Positions 1 through 10,533 of a stretch of 64,000 nt of DNA are shown here, piece by piece. The position numbers and the translations under genes are program-made. Position 1 is the stretch's first letter, and each line of letters opens with the position of its first letter. The notes under the pieces were generated by a model. It was not told where the DNA came from. It was given only the letters and a program-made list of their open reading frames with translations, and did not search any database. The stretch is from Desulfuromonadales bacterium (lineage in GTDB: Bacteria; Desulfobacterota; Desulfuromonadia; Desulfuromonadales; JAAXQG01), in the NCBI GenBank assembly GCA_012974445.1, contig JAAXQG010000005.1, positions 4,247 through 68,246 on the forward strand. Direction: 5' to 3'.

Positions 1-1
1 T

Positions 2-694
2 GTCTGCGGCACCCTGCAGGAAGTCGAGGAAATGGGGCTCTGGTGTCGATCCCGGGGCATCGTGCTGCTGGTTGATGCCGCCCAGAGCGCCGGAGTCTTC
101 GACCTGAACGCCGAGGCCTGCGGTATCGATCTGCTTGCCATTGCGGGGCACAAGGGGCTCATGGGGCCCCAGGGGACGGGGATGCTCTATGTCCGCGAGG
201 GCATTGAGTTGCGCCCGCTTATTCTGGGGGGGACGGGTGGCCATTCCAGCAGTGATTTGCCCCCCGAAACCATGCCCGAGCGTCTGGAAGCTGGAACCTG
301 CAACCTGCCGGGAATCGCAGGGCTCAAGGCAGCGGCGGAGTTTCTTCTCTCCCTGGGCCTTTCGCAGGTCCGCACCCATAAGTCCGAACTTATGAAATCC
401 CTGATCGAGGGGATCGGAAGCCTGCACGGCGTCAGGATCTTCGGCTGCACCGACAGCGCCCGCATGGGGGCTGTCCTTTCCATCGCCGTTGAAAACCGAG
501 ACCCTTCCGAATTGGCATTTCGCCTGGAGCAGGAGTACGGAATCCTCACCCGCGCCGGACTTCAGTGCGCGCCCGATGCCCATCGGACTCTGGGAACCTT
601 TCCCCGAGGGACCCTTCGGCTGAGCCCGGGGTATTTTACTTCTCATCATCAGATCGATGAGGTTGTCAGAGCCCTGTCTTCATTGGTGACCTGA
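2..694 (+). CDS. class V aminotransferase / cysteine desulfurase family protein, C-terminal part (5-prime end lies outside window)
   Basis: The frame is open to the window edge. It has the PLP-lysine context AIAGHKGLMGPQGTG and a C-terminal RLSPGYFTS, as in NifS/CsdA-like enzymes. Confidence 0.8.
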   Translation, partial: VCGTLQEVEEMGLWCRSRGIVLLVDAAQSAGVFDLNAEACGIDLLAIAGHKGLMGPQGTGMLYVREGIELRPLILGGTGGHSSSDLPPETMPERLEAGTCNLPGIAGLKAAAEFLLSLGLSQVRTHKSELMKSLIEGIGSLHGVRIFGCTDSARMGAVLSIAVENRDPSELAFRLEQEYGILTRAGLQCAPDAHRTLGTFPRGTLRLSPGYFTSHHQIDEVVRALSSLVT

Positions 695-749
695 CCCCTG
701 TGTTTGAGGTAAGATGGTGAAACTCATTCGTGATGAAAGGGAAACCGGC

Positions 750-1034
750 ATGCGTACAGTTTTTCAAATCCTGATAAGTTTCGGCATCCTTGGCGTTATT
801 GTTTCCTGCTCCATCGCCCCGGAGATCCCCGTAAACCGGGGGGAACTTATGCGCACGGGTATTTACAATAGATACATCATCGTCGAATCTCCCGAAGAAG
901 TGCTCGACCATCTCAATGAGCATGGCGAGGTGATCATCGAGGCCAAGAGAAACGTTCCCGGAAAGGAATATGGGGTCTACGTCAAGGTTCTGGCTGCTCC
1001 CGAGGGGCTTGAGGTCCATGACTACGAACGTTAA
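750..1034 (+). CDS. small hypothetical lipoprotein
   Basis: The internal ATG at 750 gives MRTVFQILISFGILGVIVSC, a signal peptide with a lipobox-like VSC. The ORF track starts at 714. I recognise no family. Confidence 0.4.
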   Translation: MRTVFQILISFGILGVIVSCSIAPEIPVNRGELMRTGIYNRYIIVESPEEVLDHLNEHGEVIIEAKRNVPGKEYGVYVKVLAAPEGLEVHDYER

Positions 1035-1067
1035 CCTGATCTGCTTTGTCTTCCAGGAGTTCTTGTT

Positions 1068-2384
1068 ATGAAAAAAACCTATATTCTTGACACGAATGTT
1101 CTGCTCCACGATCCCAAGGCGATTTTCAAATTTGAAGAAAACGATCTGGTCATTCCCATTACCGTGATCGAAGAGATTGATCGCTTCAAGAAGGACCAGA
1201 CGGAAACGGGGCGTAATGCCCGGGAAATTTCTCGCATTCTGGACCGCTTTCGCGAAAAATCCCGTCTGACCGAAGGGGTAAAGCTTGACGGAGGCGGTCA
1301 ACTACTGGTTGAGATTTATCAATCCACACACCTTGAGCACCTTCCACCCGAACTCCAGACCGACATGGGCGACAACCGCATCCTTGCCGTGGCGCTTGAT
1401 TACAACGAACGATCTCAGGGGCCTGTCATCTTCGTCACCAAGGATACCAATCTGCGTATCAAGGCTGACGCTGTAGGCCTTCGGGCCGAGGATTACGAAA
1501 GCGACAAGGTTTCCATTGAGGAACTCTATTCGGGTACGGCCGAGGCATTCGTCGATAAAGACGTCGTCGATCACTTTTACGCCGAAGGGCATCTTCAGCT
1601 GGAAGGGGATTACTGCCCCAACCAGTGCGTTACCCTGGTCAATGCCTCCAACCCTTCCCATACCGCCATCGGTCGTCATGACGGACCCAGTGGTGAGTTC
1701 CATTGCCTGATCAAGGCGCCCCATGAGGGACTCTGGGGACTTCATCCCCGCAACAGGGAACAACAGTTTGCCCTGGATCTGCTGCTGAATGACGACATTC
1801 AACTTGTCTCGCTGGTGGGCAAGGCAGGCACCGGCAAGACACTGCTGGCCATCGCCGCAGGACTGCACAAGGTGGCTGATGAAGGCAAATACAGCCGGCT
1901 GCTGGTTTCCCGCCCCATCTTCCCCATGGGCCGGGATCTGGGGTATCTGCCCGGAACGGTGGAGGAGAAGCTCACCCCCTGGATGCAGCCCATTTTCGAC
2001 AACATCGATCTGCTGCTCAACAGCGTCGATGTGACGGGCAAACACAAGCGCGGCTATCATGAACTGGTTGACCTGGGCATTCTTCAGATCGAGCCTCTGA
2101 CCTACATCCGGGGTCGGTCTATCCCCAACCAGTTCATCATCGTGGATGAGGCTCAGAATCTGACTCCCCATGAGATCAAGACCATCGTCACCCGCTCGGG
2201 GGAGGGAACCAAGATTATTCTGACCGGCGACCCCTATCAGATCGACAATCCCTATGTGGACTCGTGCAGTAACGGTCTGTCTTACTTGGTGGAAAAACTT
2301 AAGGGGCAGGAAATTGCCGGCCACATCACGCTGCGCAAGGGGGAGAGATCCTGCCTCGCCGAGTTGGCCGCCAATCTTCTTTGA
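1068..2384 (+). CDS. PhoH-like ATPase with N-terminal PIN domain (YlaK type)
   Basis: The N-terminus is PIN-like (YILDTNVLLHD). It has Walker A GKAGTGKT and PhoH C-terminal signatures IVDEAQNLTPHE and ILTGDPYQID. Length is 438 aa. Confidence 0.9.
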   Translation: MKKTYILDTNVLLHDPKAIFKFEENDLVIPITVIEEIDRFKKDQTETGRNAREISRILDRFREKSRLTEGVKLDGGGQLLVEIYQSTHLEHLPPELQTDMGDNRILAVALDYNERSQGPVIFVTKDTNLRIKADAVGLRAEDYESDKVSIEELYSGTAEAFVDKDVVDHFYAEGHLQLEGDYCPNQCVTLVNASNPSHTAIGRHDGPSGEFHCLIKAPHEGLWGLHPRNREQQFALDLLLNDDIQLVSLVGKAGTGKTLLAIAAGLHKVADEGKYSRLLVSRPIFPMGRDLGYLPGTVEEKLTPWMQPIFDNIDLLLNSVDVTGKHKRGYHELVDLGILQIEPLTYIRGRSIPNQFIIVDEAQNLTPHEIKTIVTRSGEGTKIILTGDPYQIDNPYVDSCSNGLSYLVEKLKGQEIAGHITLRKGERSCLAELAANLL

Positions 2385-2418
2385 TCAGCGACAGCACTAC
2401 TGACGAGGTTTTCACTTC

Positions 2419-3447
2419 ATGCTCCTACTGGCCATAGAGTCCTCATGCGATGAAACTGCGGCGGCCGTCGTTCAAGACGGCCGCTCGGTACTTTCATCAA
2501 TCATATCCTCCCAGATCGACATTCACGCCCGCTTCGGGGGGGTCGTGCCTGAGTTGGCTTCACGCAGCCACCTGGAGCAGATCTCGCCGGTAATCGAACA
2601 GGCCCTCAGGGAAGCGGGCTGCAGCATGCAGGACCTGCAGGGGATCGTCTGCACCGCGGGGCCGGGGCTTATCGGTGCGCTGCTGGTGGGCGTTTCGACT
2701 GCCAAGGCGCTGGCCTATGCCCGCAATTTGCCTCTTGCCGGGGTTCATCATATCGAAGGGCATATCCTCTCCATACTACTGGAGCGCCAAGTCGATTTCC
2801 CCTATCTTGCCCTGGCTGTTTCGGGGGGACATACTCATCTGTTTCGTGTGGAAGGCATCGGCAGCTACCAGTTGATCGGACGGACGGTAGATGATGCAGC
2901 CGGTGAGGCCTTTGATAAGGTGGCAAAAATCATGGGATTGCCTTACCCCGGTGGTCCCCAAGTCGATCGTCTGGCTCAAACTCCGGGGCAGTCGCCCATA
3001 CGCTTTCCACGCCCCATGCTGAAGCAGGATAATTTCAATTTCAGCTTCAGCGGCATCAAAACTGCGGTGATGCAGGAGGTTCAGAAGCACCCCGCCCCCC
3101 TGCCTCAGGAGACAGTGGTCGATATCTCCCGAGCCTTTCAGGAAGCGGTGGTGGATGTTCTGACCCAGAAAGCGTTTCGCGCGGCCCAGGCGCAGAACCT
3201 CAATCGTATCGTCGTGGCAGGGGGGGTGGCCTGCAATTCCGGCCTCAGAAACAGATTCGAGCAGCTGGCCTCAAAAAATGGCTGTGAAGTCTTTTTCCCC
3301 TCTGTGGCCCTCTGCGCCGATAACGCTGCGATGCTGGCCGTAGCGGGAGACTATTACCTCGGTCGCGGCCTCAGTTCCCCGCTGGAGCTCAACGCCCGCT
3401 CCTCCTGGCCTCTTGATGAGGTCTGCTCTCCCCTGGGAGTGCATTGA
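2419..3447 (+). CDS. tsaD: tRNA N6-adenosine threonylcarbamoyltransferase
   Basis: The N-terminus is LLLAIESSCDETAAAV and the metal motif is HHIEGH. The 342-aa protein is Kae1/Gcp-like throughout. Confidence 0.93.
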   Translation: MLLLAIESSCDETAAAVVQDGRSVLSSIISSQIDIHARFGGVVPELASRSHLEQISPVIEQALREAGCSMQDLQGIVCTAGPGLIGALLVGVSTAKALAYARNLPLAGVHHIEGHILSILLERQVDFPYLALAVSGGHTHLFRVEGIGSYQLIGRTVDDAAGEAFDKVAKIMGLPYPGGPQVDRLAQTPGQSPIRFPRPMLKQDNFNFSFSGIKTAVMQEVQKHPAPLPQETVVDISRAFQEAVVDVLTQKAFRAAQAQNLNRIVVAGGVACNSGLRNRFEQLASKNGCEVFFPSVALCADNAAMLAVAGDYYLGRGLSSPLELNARSSWPLDEVCSPLGVH

Positions 3448-3451
3448 TATT

Positions 3452-3940
3452 ATGTGGCGTCGTTGGGGGCTCATACGGCAATTCAAGTTGCAGGCGCTGA
3501 AATTTATCCGCCTGCGAGCGGCACCAGACGAGATCGCCAAGGGCGTTGCCCTGGGGGTGTTTATCGGCATGACCCCCACCTTCGGTTTTCAGATGGCCAT
3601 TGCTGTTTTTTTTGCCTTTTTGCTCAAGGAAAACAAACTGGCCGCCGCCCTGGGTGTCTGGATTACCAACCCGATTACCGCCCCATTTATTTATGCGCTG
3701 GAATATGAGTCGGGCCGCATCCTTCTGGGGATGTCCCGGCCCAGCTTCAGCGTTGAGTTCAACTCGGAAATGCTTCACCTCGGCTGGGAGCTTCTATTGC
3801 CCCTGTGCCTGGGCAGCCTTCTCTACGGGGCGCTCTGTGCAGGACTAAGTTTCGCATTGACCCTTCGTCTGATTCCCTCCGTCCAGTCATGGCGCATCGG
3901 CCGCTGGCCCAAACCCCGCCGTCATTCCGGTGACTGCTGA
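3452..3940 (+). CDS. DUF2062 family membrane protein
   Basis: The segment PDEIAKGVALGVFIGMTPTFGFQMAIAVFFAFLL...WITNPIT is typical of DUF2062. The start is moved to ATG 3452, just after the tsaD stop; the ORF track starts at 3413 inside tsaD. Confidence 0.7.
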   Translation: MWRRWGLIRQFKLQALKFIRLRAAPDEIAKGVALGVFIGMTPTFGFQMAIAVFFAFLLKENKLAAALGVWITNPITAPFIYALEYESGRILLGMSRPSFSVEFNSEMLHLGWELLLPLCLGSLLYGALCAGLSFALTLRLIPSVQSWRIGRWPKPRRHSGDC

Positions 3941-3952
3941 TAGAAAGTCCAC

Positions 3953-4780
3953 ATGAATCACCGTCCGAAAAAAAAATTCGGCCAGAATTTTCTCAAAGAC
4001 CAGTCTGTTATCGATGCCATTCTCCATGCTGCTGACCTGGATCAGGACAGCCGGGTGGTGGAGATAGGCCCGGGGCTCGGCGCCCTGACTCATGAGCTCT
4101 GTGCCCGGGCAGGGAGTCTGACGGTTTTCGAAATTGATCCAGATCTGGTTGCCCACTGGTCCGAAATTGCCCCCTCCAATATGGCCCTGCACCAGGGCGA
4201 TGTTCTCAAGAGTTCATGGACCGATCTGCTGAAACACCCCCCCTACAGCATGGTGGCAAATCTTCCCTACAACATCTCCAGTCAGGTGGTCTTCAAGCTT
4301 CTTGACCATCATCAGCTGTTTAACCGCCTTGTGCTCATGTTCCAGAAGGAAGTCGCAGACCGACTCAAGGCCCTTCCGGGCACCAAGGATTATGGCATCC
4401 TCTCGGTGTTGTGCCGCCTGCATTTTGATATCCGTCAAGTGGTAGCTGTACCTCCCGGGGCTTTTTATCCAGCCCCCAAGGTTCAGTCCTCAGTGCTTCG
4501 CTTTGTCCCACTGAGCAAGCCCCGTTGTCAGGTCGAGGACGAATCTCTGCTTCGAAAACTCGTGAAAGCGGCCTTCGGCCAGCGCCGCAAGACGTTGCTC
4601 AATGCCCTGAGCTCAGGAGGTTTTCAAAAAGAGGATATTCACCGGATTTGCCTGCACAACGACATCGATGTGAAAAGAAGAGGCGAGACCCTCAGCCTTG
4701 AAGAATTTGTGGCCCTTGCCAACGATTTTGCAAACCTGGAGCCGGCTGCTGCCGATTCCGAGACCGCCCCAAGGAGTTAA
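3953..4780 (+). CDS. rsmA: 16S rRNA (adenine1518/1519-N6)-dimethyltransferase
   Basis: It has KKKFGQNFL, the SAM motif VVEIGPGLGALT and ANLPYNISS. Length is 275 aa. Confidence 0.93.
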   Translation: MNHRPKKKFGQNFLKDQSVIDAILHAADLDQDSRVVEIGPGLGALTHELCARAGSLTVFEIDPDLVAHWSEIAPSNMALHQGDVLKSSWTDLLKHPPYSMVANLPYNISSQVVFKLLDHHQLFNRLVLMFQKEVADRLKALPGTKDYGILSVLCRLHFDIRQVVAVPPGAFYPAPKVQSSVLRFVPLSKPRCQVEDESLLRKLVKAAFGQRRKTLLNALSSGGFQKEDIHRICLHNDIDVKRRGETLSLEEFVALANDFANLEPAAADSETAPRS

Positions 4781-4787
4781 GAACATC

Positions 4788-5684
4788 ATGGATTCCCATA
4801 TCGCCCTGAGTGTCAATGGCAACCCCGTCACCCGTTTCGAATACGATAACAGCCTGCAGGAATTTGCCCGCCAGCTCTTCGGCAAGGGATCTGCGGAGCT
4901 GGCCCCGGGGCAACTCAAGAAGGCAGACGAACTTGCCAGAGAGCGTCTGATTGCCAAAGAGCTCCTCTATCAGGCCGCTCTTTCCAGGGGGCTCATCGCC
5001 TCGGAGCAGGACGTTGCGGACGAAGCGCAGAAGATGATCGCCCAGTTTCCCAAGGAAGAGGAGTTTTTCGAAAAACTGGTTCAGGTGGATATCGACCAGC
5101 CCACTTTCTGGAGGATCATGCGCAAAGACATGACCGTCAATCTCATTTCCAGCACCACCTTGGAGGAGGCGAGCGATCCCGACATCGCCCAAATCGAAGA
5201 GATCTACCGCAAATATCCCCAGTTCATGAAGGTGGCCGAGCAGGTGAGCGCCCATCACATTCTTATCAAGATTGACCCCGCAGCCGGCCCCGCAGCCAAG
5301 GACCAGGCCCAGGAGCGTATCGACAGCATTCTTGCGCAGTGCATGGAACCCGGTGCCGACTTCTGCCAGCTGGCCTATGAGAGTTCGGACTGTCCCAGTG
5401 CCTCCAAGGGGGGAGACCTGGGGCTTTTCAAGCGCGGCGATATGATCAAGGCATTTGAGGACAGCGCTTTTTCCCAGCCCCTTGGTGTCGTGGGCCCTAT
5501 CGTCGAAACAGACTATGGGTTCCACCTCTTGCGGGTGGATGAATTCATTGCCGAGAAAAACCTCAGTCTTGAAGAAGCATCGGGCAAGATCCGCACCTAT
5601 CTCAAGGAAGATGCCGGGGCCTTGGCACTCAAGGAGCTGACCGAAGGGCTTCGTAAAGACGCTGCCATCGAGTCTTTTATCTAA
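4788..5684 (+). CDS. parvulin-type peptidyl-prolyl cis-trans isomerase (SurA/PrsA-like, no obvious signal peptide)
   Basis: The PpiC domain motifs SAHHILIK, GGDLGLFKRG and YGFHLLRV are present. The start is moved to ATG 4788, after the rsmA stop. Confidence 0.8.
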   Translation: MDSHIALSVNGNPVTRFEYDNSLQEFARQLFGKGSAELAPGQLKKADELARERLIAKELLYQAALSRGLIASEQDVADEAQKMIAQFPKEEEFFEKLVQVDIDQPTFWRIMRKDMTVNLISSTTLEEASDPDIAQIEEIYRKYPQFMKVAEQVSAHHILIKIDPAAGPAAKDQAQERIDSILAQCMEPGADFCQLAYESSDCPSASKGGDLGLFKRGDMIKAFEDSAFSQPLGVVGPIVETDYGFHLLRVDEFIAEKNLSLEEASGKIRTYLKEDAGALALKELTEGLRKDAAIESFI

Positions 5685-5720
5685 CTTCAGGATATCCATT
5701 CAACGAAGAAGGGATCTGTC

Positions 5721-8700
5721 ATGCAATTCAATCTGGAAGAATGCTCCTACCGGACATGCTCTATTGATCTGGGACTCAAGCTCAAGGAGCTGGCCTTGCG
5801 CATCGAGAGCCATCCAGACAGGCCCCGGGGATTGGAACTTGAAGTTTTTGCCTCTCGCTTACTCCGAACGATTGCATCGGGTTTTCTGGAAAAAACCTCC
5901 TCAGACGATATCTATTGTCTTGTCGAGAGTGCTTTCGATCTGCTCAGGGATGAACCGCAGGACGTTTCCATCGTCCAGATTCTCGGGATGGACCCCCAGA
6001 AATCGGTCCTGCTGCTGCACTGCGATGATGCTTTTTTTCTCGTTGATACGGTACAGCAGTATCTGAAGGAACTCGATCTGGGGTTCCAGATACTCGGACA
6101 TCCCATATTTTTCACCCGTCGCAGCGAAGATGCTTTTGCCTTTGATGATGTCCCGGGGCAGGGCAGGGCGGAATCACTGATCCTGGTAGAAACAGAAGCG
6201 GTATCGCCAGTAGCCATGGAAGGGCTCATCTCCGAGCTCTCTCAGAGACTGGAAGATGCCCTCAAGGCATTTCGGGCACAACCCCGCATTCAGGAGATCA
6301 TCAGTGACTTGGCCTCCAGGGCCGAGACGGAAAATCTCAGGGCTCTTCTTTCCTGGTTGAATCAGGATAATTTCTGGATTTTCTCCTACAGGGCCATCGA
6401 CTTTTACCTTGAGGGCAATTCGGCCGTTGTTTCTGAGGGGCCCCTGGGGCTGGTTCTTGATGACGAACAACCGCTATGGCAGGGAGAGGCCACTCATGCA
6501 GAGCTTCCGGATCATTTTCGCCAGCGCCTCCTGAGAGTTCCCCGGGTGCTGGTGGAGAGCATCGACCTGCGCAGCAGGGTGCTCAACGGTGAGCGGCTCA
6601 CCCAGATCGCCCTGAGAGAGACTCTGGCAAACGGCGCTCGTCGTGAGCATCTTTTTTTCGGATTGTTCTCCGAGAAAGCCATTGACGAGCCGACTCTGAG
6701 TGTCCCGGTGCTTCGCGAGCGCATCGATGCAGCCCTTGATTCGCTGAGTATTCCCAGAGGCTGTCACGATTACCGTAAAGCTGTGGAGATATTCAACACC
6801 TTCCCCAAGGTGGAACTCTTTTTCATGGACGCGCAAACGCTCCAGGATACTGCCCGCTCCTTTGCTTATCTGTACCGAAGCGGATCGGTCAAGGTGATCT
6901 TCACCCGCAGCCTCTCCCTTCAGGGTTTGACGTTGCTACTGATCATGCCCCGGGAGTTCTACAATTCAGAGGATTTCAAGCGCATCGAAGCTCATCTGTT
7001 GCGTTTTTTCAAGGCTCCACTGGCCGTTTCGCGCATTGTCAACATCACCGGAAGCTACCTCAGCCTTCATGTACGCCTCACCCCGCAGGACCAAGACGCC
7101 TCTTTCGATCTAGAGCGTCTTGAAAAGGGCCTTACCGGACTGGTACGCCCCTGGTCACAGCGGCTCAAGGCGGTACTTCAGTCCCACTACGGTCCGGAGA
7201 ATGGGAAGAAAATCAGTGAGAAGTATGCCGACGCTTTCTCAAGGGAGTATCGCACCTTTTTGCATCCACGATTCGCCGTCAGGGATATCCGTGAACTCGA
7301 ACAATTGATCGACTCGCGCAAGGAACGCTTCGCTCTCTGGGGCCCCTTCAAGGGCCGCGAGAAGTTCTACCGTTTGCAGTTCTACAGCACCATGGAAAGT
7401 TCCCTCAACGACTTGATGCCGATTCTGGTCAACATGAATCTCTGCGTCCTTGATGAGGTCGACTTCTCGGTTCGACTCAAAGATAAAACCCTCTACATCA
7501 AGAGCTTTGCGCTGCGCGGCGCCGGTGATGTCGATCTTAATCTAATCAAGCATAAGGCCAATCTTCTCGAGGCCCTCAACGCCCTTTATTCCGGCGAGCT
7601 GGAGAACGACTATCTCAATCGCCTGCTCGTGCTCACCGGCCTGAACTGGAGACAGATAGACGTTTTTCGCGGGTATCGAAATTACTATTTCCAGCTGGGC
7701 TCTCCCTTTACCAAAAAGAGAGTTGCCTACGCCCTGATCCACAACCCGCAGGTTGCGGTTTTGCTCTACCGTTATTTTGAGGCAAGGTTCAGCTCGGAAC
7801 TCAGGTGCTCTGATTCCATCGAGCGCGAAGAGCTCTATCTCTCCCCCCTGCGCTTGGAGCTGGCCTCAGCTCTGGAGTCGGTGAGTGACATCAACGAAGA
7901 CCGCATCTTGCGGACCCTGTTCAATCTCATCGACTCAACCGTTCGCACCAATTATTTCATCCGGTGCAATCGACCCGATTACTTCTTTAGTTTCAAGATC
8001 AGCGCTATCGGCATCATGGACATGCCGGCACCGCGCCCCATGTACGAAATCTACGTCCATTCCAACAGCATGGAAGGGATTCATCTGCGCGGCGGCAAGG
8101 TAGCCCGGGGGGGAATCCGCTGGTCGGACCGTCCTGATGATTTCCGTACCGAGATCCTGGGATTAATGAAGACGCAGATGACCAAAAACTCTCTCATTGT
8201 TCCCGTGGGTTCCAAGGGCGGTTTCATCGTAAAAACGCCTTACAAAACCCGAGAGCAGGGGGGGGAGCTCTCAAAAGAAGCCTACAAGACCCTCATGCGC
8301 GGGCTCTTGGATCTGACCGACAATCGTATCAAGGGGGAAGTCTGCCCTGCTGAGGGTATTGTCGCCTATGATGAACCGGACCCCTACCTGGTAGTCGCGG
8401 CTGACAAGGGGACTGCCCATCTGCCTGATACGGCCAACTCGGTCAGCGCCGAATATGATTTCTGGCTGGGGGACTCTTTCGCCAGCGGAGGCTCCAGCGG
8501 AGGGTACGATCACAAAAAACTGGGTATCACCGCCCGCGGCGCCTGGGAGTCGGTGAAGCGCAATTTCCGTGAAATGGATCACGACACTCAGACCCAGCCC
8601 TTCTCCGTGGTAGGGATCGGGGATATGAGTGGCGATGTCTTCGGCAATGGTATGCTGCTTTCGCGACAGATCCGCCTGATGGCCGCCTTTGATCACCGGC

Positions 8701-10460
8701 ATATCTTTCTGGATCCCGATCCCGATCCCGAAGCTTCCTACGTTGAGCGGGAAAGGATTTTTAAACTCCCCCGCTCAAGCTGGGAAGACTACAATCCTTC
8801 ACTGATTTCTTCCGGAGGAGGGGTGTACTCAAGGACATCCAAGGATATCCCCCTTTCGGCCGAGATCAGGCAATGGCTCGGCACCCGTTCATCCTCTCTG
8901 GACGGCGAGGGTCTCATCCGTTTGTTGCTCTGCGCCCCGGTCGATCTGCTCTGGAACGGCGGCATCGGAACCTACGTCAAATCTGGATCAGAAACAGATG
9001 ATGATGTGGGAGACCGCAGCAATGACGCCGTACGTATCGACTCCTCCGAACTCAGAGCCCGGGTTATCGCAGAGGGTGGCAACCTTGGACTAACTCAGCG
9101 AGGACGTATCGAATACGCTTTGGCGGGGGGCAGAATCAACACGGATGCCGTCGATAATTCAGCCGGAGTCGATACTTCTGACCATGAGGTCAATCTCAAG
9201 ATTTTCATGGGGCTTCTTCAGGAAGCTGGAACCATCAACTCCCTTGAGCAGCGTAACAGCATCCTCGGCACCTTTACCGACGAGGTCTGTGCCTCGGTTC
9301 TGAAAAACAACTACACCCAGAGTCAGTGTATCAGCCTGGACCAGCTGCGCTCACAAAAGGATGTGGAGCCCTTACTCGACCTGGCCGATCGCCTCTCACA
9401 CGCCGGCCTGCTCGATCGCAAGGGAGAGTCGCTCCCTTCGCGAAAAGAGATTCTGAGTCGGTCGGACTGGAGTTTCGCCCGACCCGAGCTCGCCATTTTG
9501 ATGAGCTATGCGAAGATGAATCTTTATCAGGCGCTTCTGGCCAGCTCCCTTCCCCGGCAGCAGGCCGTGGAGCAGCTTTATCTCGCATATTTCCCCACGC
9601 CTATTCGCAAGCAGTACGCCACAAAATTAGCAAACCACCCCCTCGCCCTTGAAATCACCGCTACCGTGGTGACAAACCGCATTGTCGATCAAGCCGGTGC
9701 AGCCTTTCTCAATCAATTTACCCAGAACACCGGTCTGAGCCTGGTTGAGGGGGCAACGGCCTATCTCTGCTTCGATCTGCTGCTTCGGGGAGACCTGATT
9801 CGGGAGCAGGTCGCTCAACTGGATAACCGTATCGCTTCTCAAAAGCAGTATGAGATACTTCTCAAGCTTGAAGAGAGCATCCGCTCCCTGTGTTACTGGT
9901 CCTTTGATCTGGAGCTCACGCCCAGTCTCGACTCATCTTATCTGGACCAGCTCTCCGAGGGGCTAAAGGCTTTTGAAGGCTCTGTATTTGAGGTAACCCA
10001 GTCTACAGGGGATGATTTCGCCGAAATTCAGACACTGGGGATCAGCTCCGATGTAATCGACAGATTAAAACGACTGGAACAATATCAGGATTTCCTCCCC
10101 CTGCTTATCCTCTCCCAGGAAACGGGATGTGATTTCCTTCGTGCGCGAGAAATGCTCTCCGACGTTCGTAAGATGCTGGTCGCTCAGGAACTCTCGGGAC
10201 TCATCGATCAGGTTCCCCTTCATAACGGTTGGGATCGGAAAGCTGGCGAAAGTTTACAGGGCGCTATTGCCAAGTCCTGTTTCCTGATTGCCCGTCAAAT
10301 TTTGAGGGAACATGAAGGACTCGCCGGATCATTCTGGAGCGATCATTCTAAAACAACAAAGCTTTACAAAAGGACTCTGCAGAAGGTTCGGGGGACGAAT
10401 CATCTGAATCTCCACCCCTTCATGATCCTGGTTCGGATTCTGGAAGGCCTGCAGAGCTGA
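5721..10460 (+). CDS. gdhB: large (about 180 kDa class) NAD-specific glutamate dehydrogenase
   Basis: This is a 1579-aa ORF. Its catalytic core has RGGIRWSDRPDDFRTE, VPVGSKGGF and GDMSGDVFGNGML, as in the giant GdhB-type enzymes. Confidence 0.9.
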   Translation: MQFNLEECSYRTCSIDLGLKLKELALRIESHPDRPRGLELEVFASRLLRTIASGFLEKTSSDDIYCLVESAFDLLRDEPQDVSIVQILGMDPQKSVLLLHCDDAFFLVDTVQQYLKELDLGFQILGHPIFFTRRSEDAFAFDDVPGQGRAESLILVETEAVSPVAMEGLISELSQRLEDALKAFRAQPRIQEIISDLASRAETENLRALLSWLNQDNFWIFSYRAIDFYLEGNSAVVSEGPLGLVLDDEQPLWQGEATHAELPDHFRQRLLRVPRVLVESIDLRSRVLNGERLTQIALRETLANGARREHLFFGLFSEKAIDEPTLSVPVLRERIDAALDSLSIPRGCHDYRKAVEIFNTFPKVELFFMDAQTLQDTARSFAYLYRSGSVKVIFTRSLSLQGLTLLLIMPREFYNSEDFKRIEAHLLRFFKAPLAVSRIVNITGSYLSLHVRLTPQDQDASFDLERLEKGLTGLVRPWSQRLKAVLQSHYGPENGKKISEKYADAFSREYRTFLHPRFAVRDIRELEQLIDSRKERFALWGPFKGREKFYRLQFYSTMESSLNDLMPILVNMNLCVLDEVDFSVRLKDKTLYIKSFALRGAGDVDLNLIKHKANLLEALNALYSGELENDYLNRLLVLTGLNWRQIDVFRGYRNYYFQLGSPFTKKRVAYALIHNPQVAVLLYRYFEARFSSELRCSDSIEREELYLSPLRLELASALESVSDINEDRILRTLFNLIDSTVRTNYFIRCNRPDYFFSFKISAIGIMDMPAPRPMYEIYVHSNSMEGIHLRGGKVARGGIRWSDRPDDFRTEILGLMKTQMTKNSLIVPVGSKGGFIVKTPYKTREQGGELSKEAYKTLMRGLLDLTDNRIKGEVCPAEGIVAYDEPDPYLVVAADKGTAHLPDTANSVSAEYDFWLGDSFASGGSSGGYDHKKLGITARGAWESVKRNFREMDHDTQTQPFSVVGIGDMSGDVFGNGMLLSRQIRLMAAFDHRHIFLDPDPDPEASYVERERIFKLPRSSWEDYNPSLISSGGGVYSRTSKDIPLSAEIRQWLGTRSSSLDGEGLIRLLLCAPVDLLWNGGIGTYVKSGSETDDDVGDRSNDAVRIDSSELRARVIAEGGNLGLTQRGRIEYALAGGRINTDAVDNSAGVDTSDHEVNLKIFMGLLQEAGTINSLEQRNSILGTFTDEVCASVLKNNYTQSQCISLDQLRSQKDVEPLLDLADRLSHAGLLDRKGESLPSRKEILSRSDWSFARPELAILMSYAKMNLYQALLASSLPRQQAVEQLYLAYFPTPIRKQYATKLANHPLALEITATVVTNRIVDQAGAAFLNQFTQNTGLSLVEGATAYLCFDLLLRGDLIREQVAQLDNRIASQKQYEILLKLEESIRSLCYWSFDLELTPSLDSSYLDQLSEGLKAFEGSVFEVTQSTGDDFAEIQTLGISSDVIDRLKRLEQYQDFLPLLILSQETGCDFLRAREMLSDVRKMLVAQELSGLIDQVPLHNGWDRKAGESLQGAIAKSCFLIARQILREHEGLAGSFWSDHSKTTKLYKRTLQKVRGTNHLNLHPFMILVRILEGLQS

Positions 10461-10474
10461 AGTTAGAGGTTGAT

Positions 10475-10517
10475 AAAACAACAAAGGGGGGCCGAAATGG
10501 CCCCCCTTTGTTGTTTT
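10475..10517. terminator. bidirectional intrinsic terminator between convergent gdhB and glgP
   Basis: A perfect 19-bp stem, AAAACAACAAAGGGGGGCC / GGCCCCCCTTTGTTGTTTT, encloses a 5-nt loop. It is flanked by an A-run and a T-run. Confidence 0.8.
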
Positions 10518-10533
10518 ATCGTCGATGCAATTG

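Noticed and set aside
1302-2324. A 340-aa ORF antisense to the PhoH-PIN gene. Similar long antisense ORFs occur at 4692-5699, 11413-12150, 15064-16161, 30800-31603, 37189-38625, 39030-40154, 42466-43371, 48878-49876, 59724-60833, 61943-62905 and 63187-63939.
   Set aside because: Each is fully nested opposite a confidently identified gene. None has a recognisable motif, and all have the composition expected of codon-bias shadows.
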